DNA of 41,746 nt from Diploschistes diacapsis. Lineage: Eukaryota. The stretch covers positions 1 to 41,746 of the forward strand of contig JALAIB010000045.1 of assembly GCA_023645945.1 (NCBI GenBank), written 5' to 3'. A program made the translations under genes and the position numbers. The notes below the pieces were generated by a model. That model worked only from the letters and a program-made list of their open reading frames with translations, searched no databases and had not been told where the DNA came from. The stretch's first letter is position 1. Each line of letters begins with the position of its first letter. Positions 1 to 11,503 of the stretch are shown here, piece by piece.

Positions 1-355
1 GGAGGTGGAGGAGCAGGCATAGTAATCTTTTTATGGATGAATCAACCTCTTTGCTCTATCATTGCAGATAATGTAAGAATAGAAGTCTTTGAATTCCGCG
101 CAATAATCTACGGAGGCGCAATGACTGACAAAAGGCTTGGCAATATCGACTCACAACTCACTCATCTCGACTCATCAATTATGCACTATGAGCCGATTGA
201 TGAAGGCTAGTAGCTATCGGTTGCTTCACGAGCTCTTATGCTACCTTTCCGAAATCAACAAATCTAACTGCCTGGTGCGACGCGAAGCTATCCTGACAAG
301 AATAGGGAGGAATCACGGTCCGGCCTGGCGTGACTAGAATGCAGGTAAGTTTGAG

Positions 356-362
356 TATAAAA
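356..362 (+). promoter_or_regulatory. TATA box candidate upstream of the acetyltransferase
   Basis: TATAAAA at 356-362, about 50 nt before ATG 412. Confidence 0.5.
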
Positions 363-411
363 GAAAACAATCTGCCACGCTGTTGTTTCCACTCATTAGC
401 GATTGCCCATC

Positions 412-1809
412 ATGCTTGAGCCGAACGGCATAACGGAGCTGGATGATGTTCTAGATATCCTCGGTCAACAAGCGTTGCTCAAAATCTATACTCAGATATG
501 CCTTTGTTTTCCGGTGGTCGATGCTTCATCGTATTCATCTCTTATTGACACGTTAATTATTGGCCTGGAGCGTGTGTCTAGGAGCTTTCCATGGGTAGCG
601 GGTCAGGTCATCAGTGAGGGCTCAGGAGAAGGCAATACCGGCATATTCAAGATTAAGCCATTGGCAAAGGTTCCGCGTCTGGACGTGAAAGATCTTCGAG
701 ATGACCCTTCAGCGCCAACTATGGACGCGTTACGATGCGCTAGCTTCCCTTTCAGAATGCTAGACGAAAGTGTCATAGCACCACGTACAACGCTCCCAAG
801 CTGTGCCGAGTCTCCTTCAGATCCAGCGGAAGTCTTCCTCCTTCAGGCCACTTTCATCAAAGGTGGCCTTATCCTTACCTTCCTTGGCCAGCATAATGCG
901 ATGGACATGACTGGCCAAGGCCACATCATTCATCTTATCTCGAAAGCTTGCCGCAATGAGCCGTTTACACCTGAGGAGCTATCAACTGGCAATCTACCAC
1001 GTCGAAACATCGTCCCCTTGCTCGATCGTTCTTACAAACAGGGCCCAGAGCTCGCTCGCCAGATAGTGAAACCTATTTCAATTCATCCAAGCTCTAACGA
1101 AGCCATTGCGCAACAAGAGGCGCCTACGTCTCCAAACAGCACGTGGACGTACTTCACCTTCTCCCGAGCTTCACTTGCAGCTCTCAAAGAACTGGCTACT
1201 GAGACCCTCGTCTCAGGCTACGTTTCCACAGACGATACCCTGAGCGCCTTTATCTGGCAGCGCATCATGCAAGCTCGCCTTCACCGCCTGACCCCTGCGA
1301 CCGAGTCAACCTTTGCACGTGCCGTTGACGTACGGCGATATCTAAATATCCCCAAAACATACACTGGGCTCATACAGAATATGACGTATAATACATCCAC
1401 GCTTCAGTCACTGAGCGATCAGCCCCTGGGCGCCATCGCTTCCCAGCTCCGAGCGGAAGTAGACCCCAAAACATCTAGTCTGGAATACAATACCCGCGCG
1501 CTCGCAACCCATCTCAGTCGCTCCCCAGACAAGACCACTGTATCCATTACAGCGACACTGGACTTGTCACTGGATGTCATGCTTAGCTCGTGGGCAAAGC
1601 TGGATTGCTATGATCTTGACTTCGGCCTTGGGTTGGGAAAGCCAGAGGCGGTGCGGAGGCCGCAGTTCGTGCCTGTTGAAAGTCTGATTTACTTAATGCC
1701 CAAGGCACTGGATGGGGAGATTGTGGTTGCGGTTTGCTTGAGGGACGACGATATGGATGGGCTGAGGAAGGACAAGGAGTTTGTGAAATATGGAAGGGAA
1801 ATTAGGTAA
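412..1809 (+). CDS. TRI101: Trichothecene 3-O-acetyltransferase-like (Tri101/AYT1 family) acyltransferase, intronless
   Basis: N-terminal LDILGQQ...KIYTQI, catalytic HxxxD (QHNAMD) and C-terminal DFGLGLGKPEAVRRP motif typical of Tri101/Ayt1. First ATG is 412 (the ORF track starts at TTG 403). The symbol denotes family homology, not a proven substrate. Confidence 0.88.
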   Translation: MLEPNGITELDDVLDILGQQALLKIYTQICLCFPVVDASSYSSLIDTLIIGLERVSRSFPWVAGQVISEGSGEGNTGIFKIKPLAKVPRLDVKDLRDDPSAPTMDALRCASFPFRMLDESVIAPRTTLPSCAESPSDPAEVFLLQATFIKGGLILTFLGQHNAMDMTGQGHIIHLISKACRNEPFTPEELSTGNLPRRNIVPLLDRSYKQGPELARQIVKPISIHPSSNEAIAQQEAPTSPNSTWTYFTFSRASLAALKELATETLVSGYVSTDDTLSAFIWQRIMQARLHRLTPATESTFARAVDVRRYLNIPKTYTGLIQNMTYNTSTLQSLSDQPLGAIASQLRAEVDPKTSSLEYNTRALATHLSRSPDKTTVSITATLDLSLDVMLSSWAKLDCYDLDFGLGLGKPEAVRRPQFVPVESLIYLMPKALDGEIVVAVCLRDDDMDGLRKDKEFVKYGREIR

Positions 1810-4609
1810 GGAATCTCGAAGTCTTCAGTCAAAAGTATTTTATGTTGGTGATATTATCCTCGGCGCCAGTGCTGGAGAGCGTTCCCTGCATTCGACCGTC
1901 CTTCCCATTGACCATGTCTTGAATATGTCTATATTTGATGAAGTGGACCACAAATTAGCCGACTTGTTGAGTCTTTCTGCTGGATTGATTTGTGCCCCCT
2001 ACATTGGCTCTATGCTTTGCCACTCCCCTTTTGTACCCTTTTAGCTTCAGACGGGTGACCACAAGAGCCTCAACAAGCTGCTACTGGATATGACACAGTC
2101 AGTTCTCAAGCCTCCTGGAAAGGTTTCATATCACTTAGTTTCCTTGTCCTTAACATTTTGGAACAAGTTTAGGCAGCTAGGTCGTGGAATGTATATCGCT
2201 TTCTTCATCCTGTAATATTGTCCGAAGCGTCATAAAGCATTCAAACCATTCTAATCCTCCCCTGTCCCCTCCCTCATCAAGCGCTGAATCACATTAAAAA
2301 AATGCGCGACGGCAAATCGAAGCATCCATACTCACCAATATACCTCTTAAATATCCCACATACACAAGCGGTTAAGTTGACAATCTTTCCTAAACCTTAT
2401 ACCTTTTCCTTGCCCCTACCTTCTCATCTCCCCTTCTAGATTCGTCGAGGCCACGTATTCCACGACTGGCTTCTCGTCAGTGATAGAAACCCTCGATTTG
2501 ATTGCCTGACTGCAGATAGCTGGTTTCCTATACCTTATAAAGTCCCCATGAAATACTTCGTTATATCTGATACATCATGACGCGCACTTCCTTGTTTGTC
2601 TGTATGTTACAGCATCCAGGTCTTAAGGGCGTCACGTGGCTACCGTGGAGCGCTCATTCCATGCTTTTACCTAATTTTTCGGCGCCGTCTTCGTCATGGG
2701 TGAATTCTGTCCATCAGTCCCCCTTAAGAGCTTGGACAAGATATGTACCTTTGCCGCCCGCGAAATGGGCGTAACCGGCAATTGTCTCAATAGTCATGCC
2801 GCCCAGCCTTCTGGTTGAAGCCATCGGATTTGGCGCCATCGATCGTGCTCTCTGGAGTTTTGCTGCTGGTGGTAGACGGTTTATTATCACGTTCATATCT
2901 CCGACCCGACGTTCAAGCCAACCGCGCAGCGGGTACGTGATGTTTCAAGATGGGCTGGAGATATCAGGTGCTTTTCGTCTTTGCAGACTGTATTCCCCAG
3001 TCTCTTCGTCCAACACGGGGGCTTACTGAATTTTGGTTTGATACTTCTCGAAGAGAGACGCTGATCCAGATCTGTTCAAGTTTTGCACTGTAAGCTTCGT
3101 CATTCAAGATAAACTGGCACAAATAACTCCTTTGCGTGAAGGGCGTTACTTGTTAGATTTTTAATGCTGTCCTGAAGCTTTGGACGATTAGGCTATCGAA
3201 CTCGGTAGGGTCTTGTAGTGGAGGATGTCTTTATGCATCTACTCAGGGCTGACGATAAGCTTGCTGGGCACTTTGTGGTGTTCTAAGTTTCTTCATTATA
3301 AGCATCAAGTAGGGCTTCAGTGGATGTCCGCTTGTGGGTAAAACCAATGTAAGATGGTGTGAGTGGGTCGATGCCCGTGTCATCTCGTGAGTTCGAGATG
3401 AGATAATCCAGAAGAAAGTAAATGGTAAGGGAAAGCATAGCAAAAAGTAGGTGAACTAAAAAAGTGAGAAGATAGGTAAAGCGTGGAGCTTCTCCTAGAG
3501 TTTTAGATGCTTTTCTAGGAGAGAAGCACGAGTAGGAAATCAAGAAGTTACAAACCCGACAATGTTGGAGGAAAATAACATAATTCACAGCAATCAACAG
3601 CTTCGCCACTGCGCATTCGCTCAAAGCCCATTGATGTGCCCGTGAAAAAAATTCGAAAAGAACATACGACAGCATTACTGCATCATAGATCAGGCACATA
3701 AGCTGATTGTTGAGCTCGGAGTTAGAGACCTTAGCTGGATTAAGACTGAACAACCCTATTTACAGAGCATGAGCCCATTCTGGATGCACTGTGTTCATTT
3801 CTTGCCTCGCAGGGCTCTAAAGAATTAGAAGTTCTATGACGATCGAAAGGATCACAATTGAGAAAAAGAGTGTCTTTCTATAGAAGATTAAATGCTTCTG
3901 TTCCAAAAGAATTTTCACGATGTTCCTGAAGCTGCCATTTGCTTAGCATTCAAGAAATACCGTGGTGCCATACTTGTAAAGCTATTCTTGGCTCGCATAG
4001 ACACAGACTGCCTAGGAGAAAGAAAATAGTCAGATTCCAAGTGTCAACGAACGGGGACCAGGATATGCTGAACTCTGCTGCTCCCACCCAGCGGTCTTCA
4101 AGACGGTGGTATTTCTGGCCCTCAAAAAGTTCTCTTTCATCCATCATGGTGGTTATGTCATTTACATGACTTTTTGCTGCGGGATAACGGCGCTGTGTTC
4201 CTCAAGAACATGACTCTTCGTGCATTCTTGTCATTTCCATAGCTATCTTGCGGTAGAAGATGACGGCGGGCTCGTCAAAATGGTGACTCCAAAGGAAAAT
4301 GCTAAAGCATAAAGGTTCCAAATCCCCAAGCAACAGCATACTCTCTTTCTTCCCTTCAATCCACAAACGAAGTGTTGATTCTCACCAAACTTTACGTCTA
4401 CTTCAGGCTCTCCGCAGAATCACACAACCTTCCGCCAAGCTCTTGCACGGCCGACATTTCTCACACCCTCAGCGAGTCAATTAGTATCAAGCTCTCAGTC
4501 GGCAGCATTCCAATCCACTCAACCCAGCGAATCCAGAGGATCTATCAGCACCCTCTTCTATTTGTTCACAGCTGGCGGCAAGGCTTTTCATAACATTCAA
4601 CATATCGAA

Positions 4610-4894
4610 ATGTGCGAGAGGTTGAAGATTACCTGCGGCCAATGCAACAAACTACTACATGATATAACAATGACTTGCGGGAGCGAAACTTGTGGAAAGA
4701 AGGACAACATTGTTGAAAGATACGAAGAGGAATGTGAATATTGTATTGGACTGACAGATGATAAGAATGGGAAAGATGGGAAAGATGGGAAAGATGGGAA
4801 AGATGGGAAAGATGGGAAAGATGAGAAAGATGGGAAAGATGGGAAAGATGGGAAAGATGGGAAAGATGGGAAAGATGGGAAAGATGGAAAGTGA
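4610..4894 (+). CDS. Small (94 aa) Cys-rich protein with a C-terminal (Gly-Lys-Asp)n tail
   Basis: ATG 4610 in aaaATG context. MCERLKITCGQC...CGSETC...CEYC (7 Cys, two CxxC) followed in frame by the GKD repeat and TGA. Confidence 0.5.
   Translation: MCERLKITCGQCNKLLHDITMTCGSETCGKKDNIVERYEEECEYCIGLTDDKNGKDGKDGKDGKDGKDGKDEKDGKDGKDGKDGKDGKDGKDGK
4769..4891 (+). repeat. 9-bp minisatellite (GGGAAAGAT) x13 plus a partial unit
   Basis: Read directly: 6 perfect units, one GAGAAAGAT variant at 4823-4831, 6 perfect units, then GGAAAG. Confidence 0.97.
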
Positions 4895-5959
4895 CATCTA
4901 AATGGAAGAAGAAGCATGCATTTGCACAACTTAGTCTTACATAATGTCTCTCATCTGTTAGAACACGGAGGCTGGCCGGGGTGTGATTGAGGCACTTTAC
5001 AGCGTGCATTGACACTGGAAGGAAACCACGGATTGGAGAGAAGGGAGAGGGTGGTATAGATACAAGCATGCACTATATCAAGACCATTGGCTCACCTCTA
5101 CAAAGAGACCCAGGTAGGGCCTATAATAGTAGGTTTCATTTCTAAACCATACTTGACTTGTAGGCCACCAAACACCCGAAGATGTAGTCGGATCTTGACC
5201 TAAGAAATTGGTGGTAAGTACCGATATTTTATAACTGCTGGATCGGGCAGTTCTAGTTGCTGTAACTTTGATTTGAGTTGACAATAGGTGTGGATCACCC
5301 CCAAGGTTCCTAGTAAACTGTGAAATCTCCAACCTGCAACGACCTCTGAAATGTAAAGACTCGAGTGATCCGAATGGAACTAGATTAATACAAGCAGTAT
5401 GATCAGCACAATCCCCGTGCGAGTCTCTAGGGCACCCTTATGTGTTCAGAAAGCATGAGTAACGTGCATGAATATGACGAATATTGTGGTTACGATATGC
5501 GTAAATAATGCAAAGTTTCTGAGTCGGGATGAAAGTATCAGTTCAAGACAATGTTAACGGAAGCGTGAATGTGTAGGAGTACAGCGACTGCAAAAACCCG
5601 ATCAACTCGCCCCAACATGCTGCCTTTCGCTGTTGATGAGCAATTGTGAAATAAGAGATAAGAAGAACCGAGGTCTTCGCCCAGCACTGACCTTCTTACT
5701 ATTATCAGTATGTCCGTTTTTGTGTTCTTCTTATCTATTTCAGCTATTTTCGTCTCTTGTTAGGGTAATACGCACCAAGGCCCCACCACTGACATGATCT
5801 AATCAAGCAGCTGGCGAGCATAGTTGAGGAATAACATCTCATGTTTGCAGCTTCACGACAATCACTTCAGCGGGTGGCAGGTTCTCGCCAAAGCACTAAC
5901 ATGCAGCGTGGGGATGCGGCCCAAGACAACCTACATCTAGACCAAGTTAACAGCACCAG

Positions 5960-6655
5960 ATGCACTTGAGCGACTCGACCATTAGTCTCGCAGTTGATCT
6001 CCGTAACCATGTAATTGCTGCGCTAGATTTAAGAGCCAGGCACTCGAAGGTCTACCGCAAACACTCTGCAAAAGGAGCATACAACGATGTTATTCGAAAC
6101 GTTCAAGCATCCAGAAGGTGTAGATCTTGGACTTTTGATTGAGGGCCGCGATTAAGAATTGCACGAGGTCGTCAAGCAATCCCTTTTTGCTTGGTGCATG
6201 CGAAACAACTCATTTTGTAAAACTCTTGTCGAGCTACATAGCATGACACGGGAACTGGCGCAGAAGTCCATCGAAGCGGGATGCAGATCCATATTGTAGA
6301 TTGCTCGCAACAACAACATTGTCAAGAAATTGAACAATCCCCAAACATTGCTTCTCAAAATTTCAACAACATAACCGTACCACTCGGGCGGAACAAGTTG
6401 AAGCAACGCAAAGAATTCATTCAGGACTTACTGGATTTGCTCGCAGCAATGGAAGTCGTTAACTTCTACCGACAAGATACTTCTCACTCTGAGGCCATCG
6501 ACATCCTGTTTGCGAGCCACTTCACCGCCAAGGAATTGAGGATAACTTTCAAGAGATTCGAGAGGACGTCTTTTGTGCGATTGTTGAGCCGTCTCAAAGA
6601 CGGGCATTACATAAAGTCGGAACTTGGCAGCAGCAACTACCCTCATAGCAATTAG
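5960..6655 (+). pseudogene. Probable degraded gene of unknown family
   Basis: Consecutive protein-like helical fragments in different frames (5960-6142, ~6105-6299 with an internal stop, 6281-6655). No recognisable domain. Confidence 0.25.
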
Positions 6656-7568
6656 TGGCAAGGCCTTGTCAGCCTTCGAAATGGTCACCTCCGTCGCTTG
6701 AATATTTGCTTGAATATTTACCTGGTTCGAAGGCAGGAGGAAGATGATGCTTTAATGTACTATATGATGTCTAAGCGGTGTATGAAGGCGGCGTAGATGG
6801 TGGCAGTAGCGCAAGGAAAGCGTCTTCTTCCTCATGGCCCACACGTTGTGGACCCAGACAACGATGGAAAGGGGTTTCGAGGTAGGTGGCCGAGACTTTC
6901 AGATCCTAAGTACTGATCATGTCAACCTCCTGAGCCCTGACCGTTGAGGCCTGCAAGTTTGAGCTCATGTCTTCACCAGTTCGCAATTTGGGGGATGTTA
7001 ATCGATGTAAGCCTGAAAGATTGTACTTCGCACAAGCGCCTGTTCATTGAATCAATGAAATGAATTGGATACAAGTGTACCTAGGGAACATGATAATAGT
7101 GATGACAGAGCAACATGTAGATACCCAGCTTGAGTTCTCCCCTACATTTCCCTGTAAGGTGAAGTGGTTCCGCATCACAATTGAAAACGCAAGTATGCCA
7201 ATTGAAGTTCCAATTTCGGCCAAAGCGCGTCGGCCCAAGAGTACATGCTGTTTTCAACTAACAAGGCCAAAGTAAATAAGGTAAGAGATAATCGAAAAGT
7301 GCTCCATGCCGTGATAGGACAGTTGAAGTTCTTCAGCTGAAACCTGCCGTCAGCTCAGGAATACATTGTAAATATGGATCTGTATACTCAGTAAATTAGA
7401 AGCGAGTTTGCTGCTGAAGTTGGTTCGCATCATCTAAACGTCATCGACATAGACACGGGTGCACAGCAAATCCGGCGCCGCAGTGATACTGCGTTAATTT
7501 CTCGAAATACAGCTTGTACACTGAAAAAGGACATTGAAAGCTTTCTTACCAAAGGTACCATTGCAGCC

Positions 7569-8025
7569 ATGGCAGCAAGAGCAACCTCCATCATGCGAGT
7601 CTCTCGCCCCATCGCCCCTCGACCGCTCCGTGCCTTCACACGCAAGTCCCACAAAAGCCATACAAAATAGCCATAGCTAACCAAAGACAGCTAACCGCAC
7701 CTACGCCTCAAAAGCTCAAGCAACCCAAGGTCAAGCCCATCCAGGCGCAGCCTCCAATGTCGCCAACCCCGGCAGCGTCTCGGCCGAGCAACAGCAAGTG
7801 AAGCAGAGCAGAGCAACCGACGCGGCCGAGCAACCAGACGCAGGAGGCAGCACGCAGACGCCCGTCAGCGATTTAGAGAGTGCTGGCGTCGGCAAGCACC
7901 GAGAGCAGGAAGACGATACAGGTACACAGCAGGCTTTCAAGCAAGATCCGAACGCGCCTGCGCATGAGAAGCGGGCGAGCGTGGAGGAGCAGGGGAAGAA
8001 GCCTTTGGATGCTGCGGATAAGTAG
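7569..8025 (+). CDS. 135-aa mitochondrially targeted hydrophilic (hydrophilin/LEA-like) protein; exons 7569-7641 and 7691-8025
   Basis: Arg/Ser/Ala-rich acid-free presequence MAARATSIMRVSRPIAPRPLRAFTPNRTYAS. A 49-nt intron (GCAAGT...GCTAAC...CAG) joins it in frame to ORF 7798-8025. The mature part is A/Q/E/G-rich and lacks Cys and Trp. Confidence 0.75.
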
Positions 8026-8305
8026 GTTTATGGGGAAGGTTTTGGGGGGGGAGGGGATTTAGGATCCTCAATCGAAGGGCATTAGAGCTCTGCCCAGTGG
8101 CACAAAAAGGCGTGGTCCAGCAGCGGTTGGGTGTTACTGCTGGATGTGCAGCGTCAGATAAATTCCGTAACTTACTCAATCTAGAGGCTAGATGAGCCTG
8201 AAATGTATATTGTAAAGTCCCTAAGGAAGCGACTTTACAAAGGCGCGTAATGCACGAGTGTGAAAAGGTTGAAGCCTCCGATCTTGGCATGGTGTCACTG
8301 GAATG

Positions 8306-8318
8306 GAAGATTCTTGAA
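8306..8318 (+). promoter_or_regulatory. Heat shock element upstream of the CHORD gene
   Basis: GAAgaTTCttGAA is a perfect three-unit GAAnnTTCnnGAA, about 170 nt before ATG 8488. Confidence 0.65.
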
Positions 8319-8487
8319 GGCCGGCCCACGCGGCATTAGATTGATAACTCACACACCTCTTCTGGAACCCTCTCAAATAACTTCATATTCTAGCTCAAAC
8401 TCTCATCACATTCGATCAAGACCTTTTCCCCTACTGAAACGCCCCCCTTCGAGCAGCGCTAAGAGGCACAAAGTGAGGGGCACCACT

Positions 8488-9707
8488 ATGGCACAAAAGT
8501 GTGTACACAAGGGCTGCGGCAAGACCTTCACAGATGCCGACGAGGACTGCATATATCACCCAGGTCCACCAATCTTCCACGAGGGTCAGAAAGGTGTGAG
8601 CGCTCCTTAGTTTCTTACTTCGATTATCTGCAGCTCTGAGAAAAGCAAGACGCTACAGCATAAACCCCACCATAACTCGGCCCCGCTTCCGCCGCGCAGC
8701 AAGCATTGGAGCTGACGGTCCAACAACACTTAGGCTGGAACTGCTGCAAACCTCGCGTCTTGACCTTCGACGAGTTCCTCAACATCCCGCCATGCACGAC
8801 CGGCAAGCATTCCACAGTAGACGACACACCCGCTCCTGAAAAACAGGCACCGGCCGAAGACGCGCCAGCGCCCGTGCCAATACGGCAGCCGCAACCAGTA
8901 GACCACCTCGCCCCGGCCCGTCATCCACAAGCCGTTCCCGCAGCTCCCTCCCCGAGGGCGGCCACTCCCGAGCCGGAGTCTGATTCCGACAACCCCTCGC
9001 TTACTATTCCCTCAAAGACCACATGTCGGAGACGAGGCTGTAATGCAGATAGCTCGGAGACTGGCGCGGCAAAGGAAGGTACTTCAAGAGAAGGAGAGGA
9101 GTGCGTGCACCATCCGGGACATCCCATCTTTCACGAAGGGAGCAAAGGGTGGTCGTGCTGCAAAAAGCGGGTGCTAGATTTTGACGAGTTCATGCAGATT
9201 GCAGGTTGCAAGTCGAAGGCAAAGCACATGTTTGTTGGGAGTGGGAAGAAGGCGGGAGCTAGCGGCGAGAAGGCGTTGGATACAGTCAGGTATGTTAATG
9301 GAACTAATATTGTTGCTCTGATACATCAAATCCCTTCGTGGCTTGAGGGATGTGGGCCCCTTCAATGGTTGGAGCTAATCACCAGATCCAGACACGACTT
9401 CTACCAAACTGGCACCACGGTCCATGTGTCGCTCTACTTGAAGAAAATCTCCAAGTCTGACGCAAAGGTTGACTTCACATCTTCAATGACGGTCGACGTG
9501 GATCTTCCAACTGCGGACAACACCCGGTACAAGACATCGATACCTCTGTATGGCACGATAGATCCCTCACAATCCCGGTATAGGATTTTAGGGACGAAGC
9601 TGGAGTTGACGCTTGCTAAGGCTGACGGGCTCGGCTGGCCTGTCCTGAGAGCGGATGAGCGGACAACTGGAGAGATTATCCAGACGGGGAAGGCGGCCAG
9701 AGCCTGA
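8488..9707 (+). CDS. CHORDC1: CHORD-CHORD-CS domain Hsp90 co-chaperone (RAR1/Chp-1 family); exons 8488-8593, 8734-9289, 9392-9707
   Basis: Two CHORD zinc domains (CVHKGCGK...[26 protein letters not shown]...CVHHPGHPIFHEGSKGWSCC) and a CS domain (RHDFYQT...GTKLELTLAKADG). GT-AG introns with branch sites. Confidence 0.93.
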
Positions 9708-9936
9708 GTAGTAGAGCGAACAGAGTAGGTTTGCCATGTCCAGCCGGACTGTAGCTGAGAAGGTTGACAGCTTTACTCGTTGTTCGAAATAGTCTAAATA
9801 GAGCCTAAAGCATAGTAGCACAAGAGCGGAAGTCTAGCGAGCAAGCCAGTATAGGGGGTTGAAGCAAGGTCGGATAGTGCAGAGTTCAAATGATCGTGCC
9901 ACACTCTTGATGCATCAAAAAGCGAGTCCCAATGTG

Positions 9937-11226
9937 TTACTCCATCCCCTCCATAAGCTCTACCTTATCAAGCACCATCCCCCTGATACCTATTAATTCC
10001 TTCAGCGCCTGCCACTCCGGCCCCTCCTCCTCGCCCCTCTTCCAACTCTCCTTGAACCCCCACGCGGCCGCCACGAGATCCAGCATCGCCCTCTCGTCCT
10101 CCCTCACCCACCTCTCTCTCAACGGCATCCCGCCCGCCCACGTCACGCGATCCATGTTATCGTTCGCTGTCGTCAGTGCAACTATGCCGATCGTAGCCGT
10201 GGCGCCCGCGTACGTCAGGAAGCCCGCAAAGGCGAGACCCGTCGCATTTGCGCTGGGCATGCTCTGCTGGAAAAGCGAGAACTGAGTGGCTAGAGAATAG
10301 GCGGCTACGGGCGCGAGCGCGAGGCCCGTGGTGGGAATGAGGGCTTGCTTGACGAACTTCGCGCGCTTGTAGGAGGTTGTGCAGACGGTGCGGTCGATGA
10401 TGTCAAGGGCAAGCGGCAGGTTCTCGGAGCGGACGGCGGCGCTGAGGGCCGTTGTGGCGACGTCGAGGGGGATGGCGGTTGAGAGGTTGTTTGGATTCGA
10501 GGGGACATATTGGATCGGATTGGGGCCTGAGCTGGGTGTGGGGATCGGTTTCGAGGCGTAAAGGGAAAAGACTTCGGCTAGAGTCTCCGGGTGGGAAAGG
10601 AGTGCCTGGATGTTGACGTAGGTTTTGAGGATGCTTGGTGTTATGAAGACTTTGGGGTCCCGGACGAGGTCCCATATTGTTTTGGATATATTGGCCATTG
10701 CTTCCGAGGCAATCGAGGAGGCGATGTAGGGGGATGGGGCGCTTTGAGGGAATACATCGTTGGAAGGGGAGACGGACGAGGAGCGGGAGCTGTGACTATC
10801 GAGGAAAAGAAGGTTTGCTGCTGCGCTATTTGCCTTGAGACTGGATGTATTGGGGGTCTCTTGAACCTCCGTAAAATACTTTGCTAGGTCATGGCACGTT
10901 GACAACGACTCCAGGATAGCAGCTTCCGTCGGAGGTTGTTCCGAGGAGAGAATCTGAAGTGTATCTCGCAACAGATCGTTGAGGCGGGAGAACGCTCTTG
11001 ACCTAGGCTCTACCCCTTCAATTGACGCGGCCAATTTCTGGTAGCCACTATTAGATGAGCTCCGCTTTGAAGTATGTGCATGTCGAATGTTCGTTCTGGT
11101 ATGCCGACGGGAGGACGCATGGGTAAACTGAATGGACCTATACCACGCGTAGCAGCAAGACAGGGAGGATCTAGAAGCCTTGGAGCTTAACGTTGAAGAA
11201 GCTGGAAAGAGCAATCTAGACTCCAT
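9937..11226 (-). CDS. Hypothetical protein (429 aa) with a basic N-terminus and C-terminal hydrophobic segments, possibly a mitochondrial membrane protein
   Basis: Long uninterrupted ORF. Hydrophobic stretches ALIPTTGLALAPVAAYSLA and GLAFAGFLTYAGATATIGIVAL. Divergent from EF-1beta across about 280 nt. Confidence 0.75.
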   Translation of the reverse strand: MESRLLFPASSTLSSKASRSSLSCCYAWYRSIQFTHASSRRHTRTNIRHAHTSKRSSSNSGYQKLAASIEGVEPRSRAFSRLNDLLRDTLQILSSEQPPTEAAILESLSTCHDLAKYFTEVQETPNTSSLKANSAAANLLFLDSHSSRSSSVSPSNDVFPQSAPSPYIASSIASEAMANISKTIWDLVRDPKVFITPSILKTYVNIQALLSHPETLAEVFSLYASKPIPTPSSGPNPIQYVPSNPNNLSTAIPLDVATTALSAAVRSENLPLALDIIDRTVCTTSYKRAKFVKQALIPTTGLALAPVAAYSLATQFSLFQQSMPSANATGLAFAGFLTYAGATATIGIVALTTANDNMDRVTWAGGMPLRERWVREDERAMLDLVAAAWGFKESWKRGEEEGPEWQALKELIGIRGMVLDKVELMEGME

Positions 11227-11503
11227 ACCGATTTAACCGCTGGACTATGGGATAAGAGAGTCTCTTATGTTGCTCCAATATGCATACCTAGGCGGGCGCG
11301 GTCACTTCGAAGCTCCAATCTCGGGCCGAGACGGGCCGGGATCAGGGCCACAGAGAACTTTTGATGGATCTAGTGAGTCCCGTACACCAGTTTAAATTTC
11401 CCGCACCCCACGTTGAACGAGTTCACGTTGAAGAGACAATTTTTCGTTCAGTAAGACTTCAGCATAACCACCATCTGAAAAACATTTATTGCTACCGTTC
11501 ATA

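Noticed and set aside
4769..4891. Repeat array as CRISPR or telomeric repeat
   Set aside because: No spacers, eukaryotic context, and the unit is not TTAGGG-like.
4597..5069. Minus-strand ORFs with FPS, HLS and PIF repeats
   Set aside because: They are stop-free shadows of the 9-bp minisatellite. Only the plus-strand frame has a plausible start and structured head.
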